Shown here: positions 1 to 9,824 of the stretch, in pieces
Numbering within the stretch: position 1 is the first letter of the stretch
How the letters are laid out: the number at the start of each line of letters is the position of its first letter
Origin: a virus
Lineage: Duplodnaviria; Heunggongvirae; Uroviricota; Caudoviricetes
Strand: one strand, 5' to 3'
IMG/VR virus record: IMGVR_UViG_2645727901_000008
Length of the DNA stretch: 64,000 nucleotides
Notes under the pieces: model-generated
Told to the model about the DNA's origin: nothing
Databases searched by the model: none
What the model saw: the letters and a program-made list of their open reading frames with translations, nothing else
Program-made: the position numbers and the translations under genes

Positions 1-600
1 CTCGATGACACCAGCAAAGTCACCTGATACAAAGGAAGTGTTTTTGAGTACGTCATCAGCCAAAAATGCCTTCATCTCTGCATGTGGGAAGTAGGGCGCT
101 TTGTATTTGCCATACCCCACGTTGAACTCGCCATTTTGGTTGTACCGCGTTACGCCATTAAAACAGTGACGATTAAGGTACAAAAATGCGGCAGCATGAT
201 GTAGTTGGTCATACTTTCCTCTGTTAAATGCCTCACGCACTTCGAGGTAAGCGTCAGCGTTGTTGTAATTTTTGAAAAAACTATATGACAGCGTGACGAG
301 CGAATGTCCTTCTCGCTGCAATGTCTGATAGAAGTTAATCAGGTCACCGTTAATATCATTAAGCAGGTTGTGGCGAAATCCTGCATTCGTAAATACGGAA
401 CCGCCACCAACGAATGGTTCTATTAACCGCTTACCGTGTGGTAGATGCTCAAGCACTGTAGGCAATTCTGAGAATTTACCACCTACCCATTTGAATATCG
501 GACGCTCATATTCATCCGGAGTCCGAATGGTGCGCATATAGCTAATTTCAGCCATCGTATCCTGTTTTTCTATGGCTATGCTTGCTATAGATTTACTCAT
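1..600 (-). CDS. Dam-like DNA N6-adenine methyltransferase, 3' end truncated by window edge
   Basis: Minus-strand ORF from ATG at 600 runs off the window start; translation carries FKWVGGK (AdoMet motif I) and LYLNRHCFNG typical of Dam-family enzymes; start overlaps upstream stop by 8 nt. Confidence 0.7.
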   Translation of the reverse strand, partial: MSKSIASIAIEKQDTMAEISYMRTIRTPDEYERPIFKWVGGKFSELPTVLEHLPHGKRLIEPFVGGGSVFTNAGFRHNLLNDINGDLINFYQTLQREGHSLVTLSYSFFKNYNNADAYLEVREAFNRGKYDQLHHAAAFLYLNRHCFNGVTRYNQNGEFNVGYGKYKAPYFPHAEMKAFLADDVLKNTSFVSGDFAGVIE

Positions 601-1273
601 AGAGCACCCCCTTATTCGCTTCGAAAACTGCCTTTGCGAATCCATGTGGAGTAGCACTTCGAAAATTAGCCCTGTCAGGCCCTGGTGGCGCGGCATGGAT
701 TCTGTTATCTGGCTTGCCTAATGATTCGTCCATTAGGGCATCAGGCATGACAAAGCCCTGGCCGCTCCAGAGGCATGTTTTTTTTGTGTAGTTATCTTCC
801 TGACAATATGCAGTGAAGAAGTAAGGGTGAAAGATGTGATCTGGCTTACGCCAGAATGTCGATATTTTGCTGACCGGATTTTCAATCATGTACGGACAAC
901 CGATCATCTTTGCAATGTCATAACACTGCCAGACAACCTGCATTGCTTTGAACTGGAAAACCGGATCTTTATTAGCCTTGTCCGAAAACCAGCGCGCGCC
1001 GGAAACAGCCAGGTCAGTACACGGTGGGAACCCGGCCAGAAACACGATGCGCTGCAAATTCTTACGGAGAAAAGCGTATACTTCATCGCTATCGATGATC
1101 GCACTAATACGCGTCAGAACGGCACCTGATTGCATCCGCTCGTCACTGGTCGATAAGTGCTGTGGATCGACGATAGCGGCATCGACACCGTATTCCAGCC
1201 AGGGGGCAACCATTGCCCCCGTAAAATCACAAAGACTCACAACAAGCTGTCGGTTATTATCGTTCTGCTTCAC
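593..1273 (-). CDS. C5-cytosine methyltransferase-like protein (compact); start uncertain, GTG at 1273 with GGAGG upstream preferred
   Basis: Motif IV-like GFPPC and motif VI-like ENP in translation; motif I degenerate; translationally coupled to the downstream Dam-like ORF. Confidence 0.45.
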   Translation of the reverse strand: MKQNDNNRQLVVSLCDFTGAMVAPWLEYGVDAAIVDPQHLSTSDERMQSGAVLTRISAIIDSDEVYAFLRKNLQRIVFLAGFPPCTDLAVSGARWFSDKANKDPVFQFKAMQVVWQCYDIAKMIGCPYMIENPVSKISTFWRKPDHIFHPYFFTAYCQEDNYTKKTCLWSGQGFVMPDALMDESLGKPDNRIHAAPPGPDRANFRSATPHGFAKAVFEANKGVLYE

Positions 1274-2162
1274 CGCCAATGGCCTCCACCAGCGCGTTAA
1301 ACAGTGCAGATAATTCGCCCGTAAAGAGCACGAAATCAGCATCAAATCGTTGTGCTACATCCTCCCGGTCGATATCGTCGTTCTGGTCATAGAGATCATC
1401 ACAGAATGTCAGGGCTTTGATACTCATATCATCGTTGACTCTGAACGACGCACGGTCCATCCAGTTAATTGCAACGGTCGTAGCTACTTTCCCCGCCTCA
1501 ATGTGAGACATAATCTCGTCGGACTGTAGATCAACTTTGTTGCAGCGAACGGCACCACCATTATCGAGCAGACCCTTTAATGTGGCGTCTTCACCTGCTG
1601 TAAATCCGGCAGGGAAGCCGCTTTTAAACCACTCGGTCATTGTAATTTCCAGCGGTTCGCGTGGTGTGAATGGAATGACAGGCAGGCTGCCGAGCGACTT
1701 TCGCAATAAAGCCAGCTGGTCCTCTGCCTTTTTGGCGCTGCTTGCCTCAACGAATACCAGATGGTTGCTGCGGTCGATCAGGATTTTGGCGAGTGATTTT
1801 CTCGTGAACGCGCGAGGCAAAAGTGAATGCAGGACTTCATCTTTAAGACTGTCTCTTTCCGTTTTCTTCAGCTTGCGGGCTTGCTCTTCTTCGAGTTTCA
1901 GGACTTTTTTCTGCAACTCTTCCTTGAGCACCTGCGAGGGGAGAATTTTTTCTTCTCGCTTATGCTGTATTAGCAGAAAACCCTGGTATTCATGGGTGAG
2001 GTTGTCACCAAGAACAGGTGTCCAACCGACTTTAGCTGTGTCCTGAGAACCGCAAGGAGTAAACACGAATTTGCTAAGAGCATCGGATACTTCTGCGGCA
2101 CTCCAGTTAACTTCACGTGAAAGACGATAGATGAAGATGTTTTTGAAAGCGACTGATCTCAT
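1257..2162 (-). CDS. rdgC: Recombination-associated protein RdgC homolog
   Basis: 301 aa; N-terminus ...[13 protein letters not shown]...FTPCGSQD... matches E. coli RdgC as I recall it; length matches. Confidence 0.85.
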   Translation of the reverse strand: MRSVAFKNIFIYRLSREVNWSAAEVSDALSKFVFTPCGSQDTAKVGWTPVLGDNLTHEYQGFLLIQHKREEKILPSQVLKEELQKKVLKLEEEQARKLKKTERDSLKDEVLHSLLPRAFTRKSLAKILIDRSNHLVFVEASSAKKAEDQLALLRKSLGSLPVIPFTPREPLEITMTEWFKSGFPAGFTAGEDATLKGLLDNGGAVRCNKVDLQSDEIMSHIEAGKVATTVAINWMDRASFRVNDDMSIKALTFCDDLYDQNDDIDREDVAQRFDADFVLFTGELSALFNALVEAIGGEAER

Positions 2163-2168
2163 GTTTCA

Positions 2169-2212
2169 CCAATTGTGTTAGAAAATTCTATTCAATTATC
2201 TAACACAATTGG
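2169..2212. promoter_or_regulatory. Palindromic site CCAATTGTGTTAGA-N16-TCTAACACAATTGG immediately upstream of rdgC start
   Basis: Perfect 14-bp inverted repeat read directly from sequence; core TGTTAGA-N16-TCTAACA recurs elsewhere in the window. Confidence 0.5.
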
Positions 2213-2221
2213 ATGTGTTTT

Positions 2222-2875
2222 CTATCCCTTCTTGAAATCAAAGTTGCTTGCGATGGCCTGGAAGGTGCCTCCAGCCTTGAAATCAATATTTTCGTCGGCT
2301 GTCACAGTAATGTTTTTGCCATTAACGCTGATGTTATCGGCTGATTTGACGTTAACACTCCCTCCCGCATTCACTACTACATCAGCCGGACCAATGATGT
2401 ATATCTGCCCTGATTCATTCATTCCAATCCTTGAGCCTGCTGCCGTATTCGCTATTTCATATCCACCGCCAGCCGTTCGCACTTCGAGCACATTGTTGCG
2501 GTGAATCACGAAATCTTTTGTCGCCGAAAATTGCGGGCGGGGAGGCGCTCCGTCTACTTCTGGTGGCGTCCAGCCGCTACCATTGCCTGACGCCTCCGGC
2601 GCGACGTTTGGTACTCCTCCAGGCGCATCCTGAGCTGCGCCAACTATCATTGGGCGTCTGGTATCAATTCGACCATTAACATCCAGATAAGGAAACTCTA
2701 CCCATACCAGGTCGCCTTTTACTGTAGGTACAAACGCGTTACCTATGGGTAACAGGTATTCTGCCCAGGGTAGATCGTCATCAGGAACGCCATTCCAGTC
2801 TGGTAAAACACGGACCTGAGCACGCATAAGCCCTGCCGGGTGCACAGTTCCAACAATTTGCGCTCTACGCTTCAT
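2222..2875 (-). CDS. Baseplate central spike / gpV-like protein (OB-fold plus beta-helix repeats)
   Basis: 217 aa; C-terminal repetitive VNAGGSVNVKSADNISVNGKNITV pattern typical of phage baseplate spike proteins. Confidence 0.5.
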   Translation of the reverse strand: MKRRAQIVGTVHPAGLMRAQVRVLPDWNGVPDDDLPWAEYLLPIGNAFVPTVKGDLVWVEFPYLDVNGRIDTRRPMIVGAAQDAPGGVPNVAPEASGNGSGWTPPEVDGAPPRPQFSATKDFVIHRNNVLEVRTAGGGYEIANTAAGSRIGMNESGQIYIIGPADVVVNAGGSVNVKSADNISVNGKNITVTADENIDFKAGGTFQAIASNFDFKKG

Positions 2876-3852
2876 TTGTTCGGCACTCCTAATATCATTC
2901 GTGTTGTGTAGCCTACGCGGTCTTCAAAGTGCGCAACATTTTTTACTATCAGCTTGCGGGGCATTGATTCATCAATGCGGTTTTCCTGGTCATAGCGGTA
3001 TACGATAATCTCTATTACCATTCCCGGTTTTATATCCGGATTGCCTGCGACTTCTATATCCATTTTGGGGACGAGAGACAGCTGCATATTGCGAAGAGTT
3101 TCCATATCAGAATCGGATATATAACGCACTGGGAGTGAGCTATCGCCATATTCGACGTAGCCATCGGTCATGGAATACCCAACAAAACGATATTGATTCT
3201 TTGCTGTTGTCGCATGTTCCTGTTGGAGTAGGCGCATTTTGGACAAAGTGTATTCTGCTTTAGGGTTATTCCCCTCGTAGGTAAATGATGGCGTTTGCTT
3301 CATCAGATCAGCCAGGGTGTAAAAGTTAAATTCCCCACGGCATACCCAACATAATGCACCTTTGTCTCGCGCTATCTGCGAGAGCATTTTTGACGGTTTG
3401 TCACCGGCATTCAGATGATATGTAACTGCGCGTTTTAGCACGCTGCTGGTAATTTTAAGCTTGCCGGAATATGCCTTGAATATAGCGTCTGGTGTTTTGT
3501 TGGTATGTAAATTTGTGCGCGGGGAGGGGATCTTAAACCTGCGCACGTCTTCACTGACAGCAATAACGGTAACAACATCACCAGCCAGCATTGCAGACGT
3601 AACAAAGAAGTCTGTTTTAAAAGTGCCTGCATTACCGTTTGGATCGCCCATTTCAGCCACCAGCGATGCACCGTATTTGGCTTTCCAGTCATCAATTACG
3701 GTGCCGGTAGCGTCATGAATTTCCAGTTTTAGCAAAGGGGCTTTGAGGCTGGTTTTTTCTACATATACTGCGGTAAAAATCCAGTCTCGTGGCACTTTGT
3801 TATCGTTAATGAGCACTGACTGTAGAAAATATTGTTGTAACTCCTGGGCCAC
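2872..3852 (-). CDS. Hypothetical phage protein (326 aa), possibly structural
   Basis: Long ORF tightly packed with neighbours on the same strand; no motif recognised. Confidence 0.45.
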   Translation of the reverse strand: MAQELQQYFLQSVLINDNKVPRDWIFTAVYVEKTSLKAPLLKLEIHDATGTVIDDWKAKYGASLVAEMGDPNGNAGTFKTDFFVTSAMLAGDVVTVIAVSEDVRRFKIPSPRTNLHTNKTPDAIFKAYSGKLKITSSVLKRAVTYHLNAGDKPSKMLSQIARDKGALCWVCRGEFNFYTLADLMKQTPSFTYEGNNPKAEYTLSKMRLLQQEHATTAKNQYRFVGYSMTDGYVEYGDSSLPVRYISDSDMETLRNMQLSLVPKMDIEVAGNPDIKPGMVIEIIVYRYDQENRIDESMPRKLIVKNVAHFEDRVGYTTRMILGVPNK

Positions 3853-3855
3853 TTA

Positions 3856-4623
3856 TCACCCCATAGATATCGAGGTTTCGGTAATAATACGTTTTGCGTC
3901 CAACTCCCATGCTGTGATCACGTCTGCAATCACACTTATCGGCGCTTGTGTGGCATAAATACGCTCTTCTCCAATTGGTGCCGAAACATCCGTAAATCCG
4001 ACTTCTTTGGCATCCTGTATCGAGCAAATCAGCGGGACCGGGACACGAACAAGGTGAGTGGTTGCTTCAAATTGTGTACCTGTCATCAGGCGAAGCCGTG
4101 CGCCCAGCGAATTACACATCAGACTCATGGTCGCTTTATCAGTTGACATTAACGTAACGTCATACGTCAGAATGGCCTGGGTGTATTCCAGTTCTGCTAA
4201 AGGCATTCCGGTATCCGGTTCGCAAAAACTGGCTACTTTTTTGCGGTCAATCTGCTGATCATCGTTGATATAATTGATATCCATAGTGCGTGAGATATTG
4301 ACCAGGGGGAGAGCATCCCGGTTAATGTTCTGGTTTTCAGGTTTTCTCCCTTGCCCGGCATTTGCGCGACGAACTGCTTTAAGAAACTCGATCGCATTGT
4401 CGAAACGGGCCACATAGACACGCTCTGCTGGTGGACGATTCAGGAATGACGCAAAGCGTTTTTCTTCCGGCGCGGGGGCCACCAGTAAGATATCAGAAAA
4501 GATATTGCTGATTAGCGTAGCAAACGCGTTATCCACGTTTTCAAAGCCCGTGGTCTGGAATTTCCCTGTGCGTGAGGTTTGCCATTCACCTGTTCGCGCC
4601 AGGAGGGTTTTATTTGAAGTCAT
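3856..4623 (-). CDS. Hypothetical phage protein (255 aa)
   Basis: Long ORF in operon context; no motif recognised. Confidence 0.45.
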   Translation of the reverse strand: MTSNKTLLARTGEWQTSRTGKFQTTGFENVDNAFATLISNIFSDILLVAPAPEEKRFASFLNRPPAERVYVARFDNAIEFLKAVRRANAGQGRKPENQNINRDALPLVNISRTMDINYINDDQQIDRKKVASFCEPDTGMPLAELEYTQAILTYDVTLMSTDKATMSLMCNSLGARLRLMTGTQFEATTHLVRVPVPLICSIQDAKEVGFTDVSAPIGEERIYATQAPISVIADVITAWELDAKRIITETSISMG

Positions 4624-5453
4624 TCGATCACTCCGTTTTGAGTCGTATCAAAATTCCTGGCAGGTATGCAGTAGTAAAGCGAACCAACATGCTGTGTGCC
4701 GTAGCTAAAAATACGGTGCACGTACCACCAGCGGCGGGCTACGCCGTTTACCATCTCTTCATTCCATTCAAGAATTGATCCGACGGGGACGTTATTTGCT
4801 GCAATACGCAGAATCAGAACATCATCGGTTAAGCCATCCTGCTCACCGTCTGCGTCAATCGCATGGAAAGAGTCACGCCCGTCCGGGTTATCCAGCACAT
4901 AAACGATTTCAGGTTCCTGGTAAGTCAGTTCGCGCTGGTTGTTATCCAGTTCAGTGAATGACTCTTCTCCTGTTTCGTCGCTGACTACCCCATATGTGCC
5001 AACATCTGGTCGATATAAGAGAGCCTGAAACGCGTCTGGGCTGGATTCAATAATCAGCATCCAGTCTGCGCGGATTTGGTCGTTAAAGGCTTTATGCCCG
5101 TTATAGCGTGCTTTTAGCTGTGGAGTTGGTTCTCTGCCAGCCAGGGAAGGTGGAAGTATGGCTATATCTGATTCGGCAGCATCCGGAGTAAGGCCAGCGT
5201 TGCTATCAGCAAAATTATCATGGCTATCAGCTTTGGCGGCGGGTTGCTCTTCCAGAATGCTGAATGAATCCGAACCGGTATTGCCATGTTCCGGCGCGCC
5301 TCCTGCATTCGCTTCAATCGGCGCTGGCGTTTCTCTCTGCGTGCTGTCATGTTCTGACTCATTACTTGCCAGGTTTGCATCGTCAGCAAACCATTCGTCA
5401 AAACGGCCCATAAGCATCCTCAAAGGTCGATTTATCAGGTATCGAGGGTGCAT
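4620..5453 (-). CDS. Hypothetical phage protein (277 aa; start may be ATG at 5411)
   Basis: Long ORF; GAGG 6 nt upstream of the internal ATG at 5411. Confidence 0.45.
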   Translation of the reverse strand: MHPRYLINRPLRMLMGRFDEWFADDANLASNESEHDSTQRETPAPIEANAGGAPEHGNTGSDSFSILEEQPAAKADSHDNFADSNAGLTPDAAESDIAILPPSLAGREPTPQLKARYNGHKAFNDQIRADWMLIIESSPDAFQALLYRPDVGTYGVVSDETGEESFTELDNNQRELTYQEPEIVYVLDNPDGRDSFHAIDADGEQDGLTDDVLILRIAANNVPVGSILEWNEEMVNGVARRWWYVHRIFSYGTQHVGSLYYCIPARNFDTTQNGVIE

Positions 5454-5488
5454 TGTCTGGAGATTGTGATTTCAATTCATATCCCAAC

Positions 5489-5536
5489 ATGGGACTAAAG
5501 TGCTTTACATTGTCCCATATTGGGACTACTATACTT
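5489..5536 (+). promoter_or_regulatory. higBA promoter/operator region with nested inverted repeats (ATGGGAC...GTCCCAT, GTCCCA-TAT-TGGGAC) and a TATACT -10-like hexamer
   Basis: Inverted repeats read from sequence directly upstream of the higB RBS. Confidence 0.4.
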
Positions 5537-5556
5537 TCAGAGAGAAGGAATCTGTG

Positions 5557-5859
5557 ATGAAAATAATTTCGGTAAAAACACTAAGGGATTTCTGGGCGAA
5601 GAATCCCGATGCAGAACAGCCATTAAAGGCATGGGTTGATGAAGCAACAAAGGCTGACTGGAAAAATCCGGCTGAGATCAAAGAACAGTACCGGACAGCC
5701 AGCATCCTTAAAAACAGGCGCGTGGTGTTCAATATTAAGGGAAATGATTACAGGTTAATTGTCGCAATTGCTTATCAGCGAGGATGGATGTTCGTTAAGT
5801 TTATTGGAACACATAAGGAATACGATGCCATTGAAGCGGATACAATAGAACTGGAGTAA
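5557..5859 (+). CDS. higB: Type II toxin HigB (RelE-superfamily mRNA interferase)
   Basis: VFNIKGNDYRLIVAIAY...FIGTHKEYD aligns with E. coli HigB VFNVGGNELRVVAMVF...VMTHKEYD; ATG at 5557 with GAGAAGGA RBS. Confidence 0.8.
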   Translation: MKIISVKTLRDFWAKNPDAEQPLKAWVDEATKADWKNPAEIKEQYRTASILKNRRVVFNIKGNDYRLIVAIAYQRGWMFVKFIGTHKEYDAIEADTIELE

Positions 5860-5862
5860 ATC

Positions 5863-6222
5863 ATGAACATTAAACCTATCCGTACAGAACAAGATTATGA
5901 GGCCGCACTGCGTGCGGTCGAACCGATGTTCGATAACGAACCGGAAATGAACACACCGGAAGGCGATTTCTTTGAAGTAATGTGCCTGCTCATTGAAGAG
6001 TACGAGAAAAAGCATTACCCAATTGAGCCACCATCACCTATTGAAGCCATTAAATTCCGTATGGAACAGCAAGGGCTGACCGTGAAGGATCTGGAACCGG
6101 CGATTGGTAAGTCAAATCGAGTTTACGAAGTGCTTAATGGGACACGAAATTTGACGTTACCTATGATTCGTCGTTTACATGCCCAGTTTGGTATTCCACT
6201 GGAAAGTCTGGTTGGTGTTTAA
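5863..6222 (+). CDS. higA: Antitoxin HigA (XRE-type HTH)
   Basis: C-terminal HTH pattern GLTVKDLEPAIGKSNRVYEVLNGTRNLTL resembles HigA; starts 4 nt after higB stop. Confidence 0.8.
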   Translation: MNIKPIRTEQDYEAALRAVEPMFDNEPEMNTPEGDFFEVMCLLIEEYEKKHYPIEPPSPIEAIKFRMEQQGLTVKDLEPAIGKSNRVYEVLNGTRNLTLPMIRRLHAQFGIPLESLVGV

Positions 6223-6284
6223 GTTTGGCGGTCTGGAGGACCGCTTTTTATCTAAAATAAAAATTAGAAGGTTTGATAGCTTGT

Positions 6285-7022
6285 ATGGGCAAAAATTCAT
6301 CAACAGAAAACACATCTACAATTGACTCAATCAAGGGCACAATGGATGAAGCCATAAAAGATAAATTATTTAATAAATTATTTGCATATGTGGTGGTTTC
6401 ATTTTTTGTCGTTAATTGGCAAGAAATACTAATTTTGTTTAAATCTAAATATGATATATACACAACACTGTCTATAGTATGGGTAGGGGATAAATATCAA
6501 ATCCCTTATTTTGGAACCTTCATTGTATCTCCGTTTTTAGCTCACTTTGTGATGCCGTTTATATATGGCACTATTGCGTCCATAGTGATGCCTTATATTA
6601 CTATGCGTATATCAAAACTCACTGGTAGAAATTATGCGCAAATAAGATACATTGACCATGAATTTGACTCAGAAGAGAAAGCAAGAGTAAAGGCGTTGCT
6701 GAGAAACCTAAAGAAAAAAGAGGAAGAGCTTTTAAAATTAGAGGAACAAATAGAAGGTCAACAAAAAATACTGAATACAATCGAAGAAAAGAAGAGAGAG
6801 ATTGAGAGTGCCAGAGTGGCTCTGTATCACGGTATAAAAGTAATTGTTGATATATATAAAGCAAAAGATAAAAGGATTTCCACCAAAGAAGATTTTGCCG
6901 ATTTATTAAAAGCAATTGAAGAAAGTGATTTTTATAAAGACACTGGGTTGTGGGGTATTAATAAATTAATAGATGACGTGGAGACAATATATGAGTCTCA
7001 ATCGACATCAAAGGACAAGTAA
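6285..7022 (+). CDS. AT-rich accessory gene: membrane N-terminus plus coiled-coil C-terminus, unknown function
   Basis: Visibly AT-rich codons; hydrophobic segments then K/E-rich heptad-like region; sits between higBA and a convergent gene. Confidence 0.5.
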   Translation: MGKNSSTENTSTIDSIKGTMDEAIKDKLFNKLFAYVVVSFFVVNWQEILILFKSKYDIYTTLSIVWVGDKYQIPYFGTFIVSPFLAHFVMPFIYGTIASIVMPYITMRISKLTGRNYAQIRYIDHEFDSEEKARVKALLRNLKKKEEELLKLEEQIEGQQKILNTIEEKKREIESARVALYHGIKVIVDIYKAKDKRISTKEDFADLLKAIEESDFYKDTGLWGINKLIDDVETIYESQSTSKDK

Positions 7023-7055
7023 TATAAAAGGCGGGATAACCGCCTTTGTTGTAAA

Positions 7056-8252
7056 TTAAGAACCTTTCTTCACATACTCCATGAACATTTTTTCAGCTTG
7101 TGCAGGTGGTGTTCCTGCCATGACCAGCGCATCAATGAACGCCTGCTTCTTCAGTGCGAACTGATCGGCCAGGCGTTGCTGAAGCTCCTTGTTTTTCTGT
7201 TTCTCACGTTGCAACGCCGCTTCTTTTGCTGCCGCCCGTTTTTTCTGTGCGTCTGACAACTTTCTGGCCTTGGTCAGTTGGTCACGTAGCTTGTCAATCT
7301 TGCCGTTGTCCTTTGCCAGTTTTGTGCTTAAAGCGGCCTGGCGCTTCTGATAGAGCCTCCATTCGCGCTTGGCAGCGTCAACGTTTGTTTTACTGTTGCG
7401 ATTGCGATTAAACTCCCTCTCGTCTTCTTTTGAGAAGTGTTTGGTTGTACGGCGGCGATCGTCACCAAATGCAATTTGCGTTGCGGCCTTTTGTAACGCA
7501 CGAGCAATACTCATTTGCCAACTAGCGGACTGTAACCGCGTCATTGAGTGGATCACGTGTTTACAGGCGACGCCTTGTAGCTTAGGGTTACGAACTTTTG
7601 GATAGGCGTATTCTTTTGGCGGGGCCAGGGCAAAGTTACCCGCAGTAGCGATGTAACGATACCAGTATTGATGACGACCACAGTCACAATCGAAAGACAC
7701 CCGCCCGGCGCACAGTGATTTAGTGATTTTCAGAGCTGATTTATCGTCTTCTGCGATGTCATCGACCATCTGATCCCATTCTTCAAAGCGTATCCGGACG
7801 ATATGGTGCTGGTGGACGGATATATCCGATGCTTCTACGCGGATATGAATCACGTTGTGGCGAAGAGATACGGGTGTAGCTCTTTTGATACCAGATCCGT
7901 CATCCACGGCGTTATTTGCACGCTTAATATCGATTGCCTGGCTGGATGCCACCAGCTGGGCGTATGTGATGCCAGCCGTCTTGCTGTCATATTTTTCGCG
8001 TGTTTTACTCCGTAGCTTTTCGAAACCTTTCAGGTCGTCTCGCGTGAAGAACGTGCCGCCTTTTTTCTTCCCTAACTTGAGAATATCTTCGGCGGATTTG
8101 TTCCTCAGTCTACCTGGCGTCAGCGTCCGGTGAGCTTGTCGGCGCTTACGGGTTTGTTCTTTCCTGATAAGGTCGAATAAACGCGTGAAGTCCTTAGAGG
8201 ACAGGCCGTCAGTGATATAGCGCCCGTCCTGGTTTTTCAGGAAATCAGGCAT
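7056..8252 (-). CDS. Hypothetical protein (398 aa) with CxC...CxH zinc-finger-like motif and basic coiled-coil N-terminus
   Basis: Long ORF; FDCDCGRHQYW...ACKHVIH motif seen in translation. Confidence 0.5.
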   Translation of the reverse strand: MPDFLKNQDGRYITDGLSSKDFTRLFDLIRKEQTRKRRQAHRTLTPGRLRNKSAEDILKLGKKKGGTFFTRDDLKGFEKLRSKTREKYDSKTAGITYAQLVASSQAIDIKRANNAVDDGSGIKRATPVSLRHNVIHIRVEASDISVHQHHIVRIRFEEWDQMVDDIAEDDKSALKITKSLCAGRVSFDCDCGRHQYWYRYIATAGNFALAPPKEYAYPKVRNPKLQGVACKHVIHSMTRLQSASWQMSIARALQKAATQIAFGDDRRRTTKHFSKEDEREFNRNRNSKTNVDAAKREWRLYQKRQAALSTKLAKDNGKIDKLRDQLTKARKLSDAQKKRAAAKEAALQREKQKNKELQQRLADQFALKKQAFIDALVMAGTPPAQAEKMFMEYVKKGS

Positions 8253-8574
8253 TTTCTATCTCCGGTTCCGCGCTCGCGTAATCACGGATCTTGTTCCTCA
8301 GCCATGCCACATCAGGAAGAGTTAACGTGGTCCCGGCGGGCATTTCTTCCATTTCTGACTCATGGCCCACCAGCACCCGGAATACCCAGCGCAAATCTGC
8401 ATTGCCATACGCCCTGTAGGCTGCAAGGTCTGAACGATATACTTCATCAATCTTTATCGTGTACTGGAAATTATCAGAGTGATACTCCGATACCCGCTTA
8501 ATCATTTCCTGGTGAAACAGCGCACGAAAAATATCGTCTTCAATGTACCTATCGTCGAGTCTGCTATAGCCCAT
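8245..8574 (-). CDS. Hypothetical protein (109 aa)
   Basis: ORF overlapping downstream gene start by 8 nt, consistent with coupling. Confidence 0.4.
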   Translation of the reverse strand: MGYSRLDDRYIEDDIFRALFHQEMIKRVSEYHSDNFQYTIKIDEVYRSDLAAYRAYGNADLRWVFRVLVGHESEMEEMPAGTTLTLPDVAWLRNKIRDYASAEPEIENA

Positions 8575-8767
8575 AACAAAGCCTCTCAGTCATAACATGG
8601 GGGAAACTGTATGCAGGGTGTGAAATGCGAGAAACAGACAGGCCACCAGTTCAGGGGGATGTGGTTCATAAATCCCCTCACTGGTGACAAGTGACTTTCA
8701 TTAATCTTTATGCGGGGGCCAGCTTCATTTGCTGGCATTAGATTAAAAATTAAACGGAGTGAATGAC

Positions 8768-8902
8768 ATGGATGTTATTCTAGAATTGTTAAAGCTTATT
8801 GATCTGTTTATGAACGCCTCATTGACCACTCAAATACTGGCGTCAATATTTTTGTTACTCTTCTACCTGGTATTGAGGGAGTTAACAAAGCTACTAATGT
8901 GA
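8768..8902 (+). CDS. Small hydrophobic peptide (44 aa), candidate membrane peptide
   Basis: ATG at 8768 preceded by GGAG; translation MDVILELLKLIDLFMNASLTTQILASIFLLLFYLVLRELTKLLM; below ORF-track size cut-off. Confidence 0.3.
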   Translation: MDVILELLKLIDLFMNASLTTQILASIFLLLFYLVLRELTKLLM

Positions 8903-9556
8903 TCAAAGTATCACGGTATCTTCATCAACTTCTTTCCCAGCCAGTGACTTTGGCTGGGAGGTGCCTGCTTTAACTTTTTCATGCCCAATAATGGAAAGGA
9001 ACGAAGCGAGTATGCCTGTTTTTTGCTCTTTCTCGACTGTACCGGTCATCTGCTCTACATAATCTGCACTGGCAACGTTGTGGTATACGGTCGCGTAGCA
9101 ACACAGGATCATCAGAATATGCTCCGGCCTGATATCCTGCCAGTTCACCCTGTAGACTTCTTCTCCGTTACCGTTGTATTCGGTATCAACGATAGAGTCG
9201 GGGATTTCGAAAGCACCTTTGTTATTTTGCGGCAGGGATAATAGTTTCTGGAGTTTTAACTCTCTGTATCTTTCCATCCCGACGATGATTGCTGCTCTTC
9301 CATCGGCATGACGGGTCTTGAGAGTCACCTGACTTGCTCCGGTGCCAGCGGAGATCGTTGGCGTAATTTCGTCTACCAGTACCTTAAATTTGCTTTTCCG
9401 CAGGGCTGCTATAGCTGGAGGAATTTTTTGCTTTTGCTCCAATGCTGACGCGGGAAGGGGTTTTACTTCGTTAATAATGAGAGCACCGTCTTTCAGTATT
9501 GCAGTGAGCATTTGAGGCTTGCTGGTGGTCAGGCTGAATATTGCGATCTTTTCCAT
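8903..9556 (-). CDS. Hypothetical protein (start at internal ATG 9556 with GGAGGAAGG RBS)
   Basis: ORF with strong RBS at the internal Met (MEKIAIFSL...). Confidence 0.5.
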   Translation of the reverse strand: MEKIAIFSLTTSKPQMLTAILKDGALIINEVKPLPASALEQKQKIPPAIAALRKSKFKVLVDEITPTISAGTGASQVTLKTRHADGRAAIIVGMERYRELKLQKLLSLPQNNKGAFEIPDSIVDTEYNGNGEEVYRVNWQDIRPEHILMILCCYATVYHNVASADYVEQMTGTVEKEQKTGILASFLSIIGHEKVKAGTSQPKSLAGKEVDEDTVIL

Positions 9557-9824
9557 TGTCCTTCCTCCACGGATGACGGATACAAAAAAAGGCCGCACAT
9601 GGCGGCCTGCTTTGGCGTTATGACTCCCTACCGCGCTTCGGCTGAAAGTTAATCGTCAAAAGAACCTTCAACGGGAGCCGTTAGCGCGATGGATTATGTG
9701 CAGTTTGTGATTTCCAAAATAGTGTCAACCACTTTTTGTGGATTTTATTTTTTGACCGAAATTTGGCCTAAATCATGTTGATGTAGTTAATTGTTTTTAT
9801 AACATAAAACTTCATTTTGTTTAC

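Noticed and set aside
2175-2504. 109-aa plus-strand ORF
   Set aside because: Overlaps the baseplate-spike-like gene on the opposite strand and begins inside the palindromic site; no RBS.
9583-9615. Hairpin AGGCCGC-ACAT-GCGGCCT with T7 on the minus strand as a functional terminator
   Set aside because: It sits in the leader immediately upstream of the RBS of gene 8903-9556 with no upstream minus-strand gene to terminate; it may be a leader or attenuator structure but I cannot support a call.
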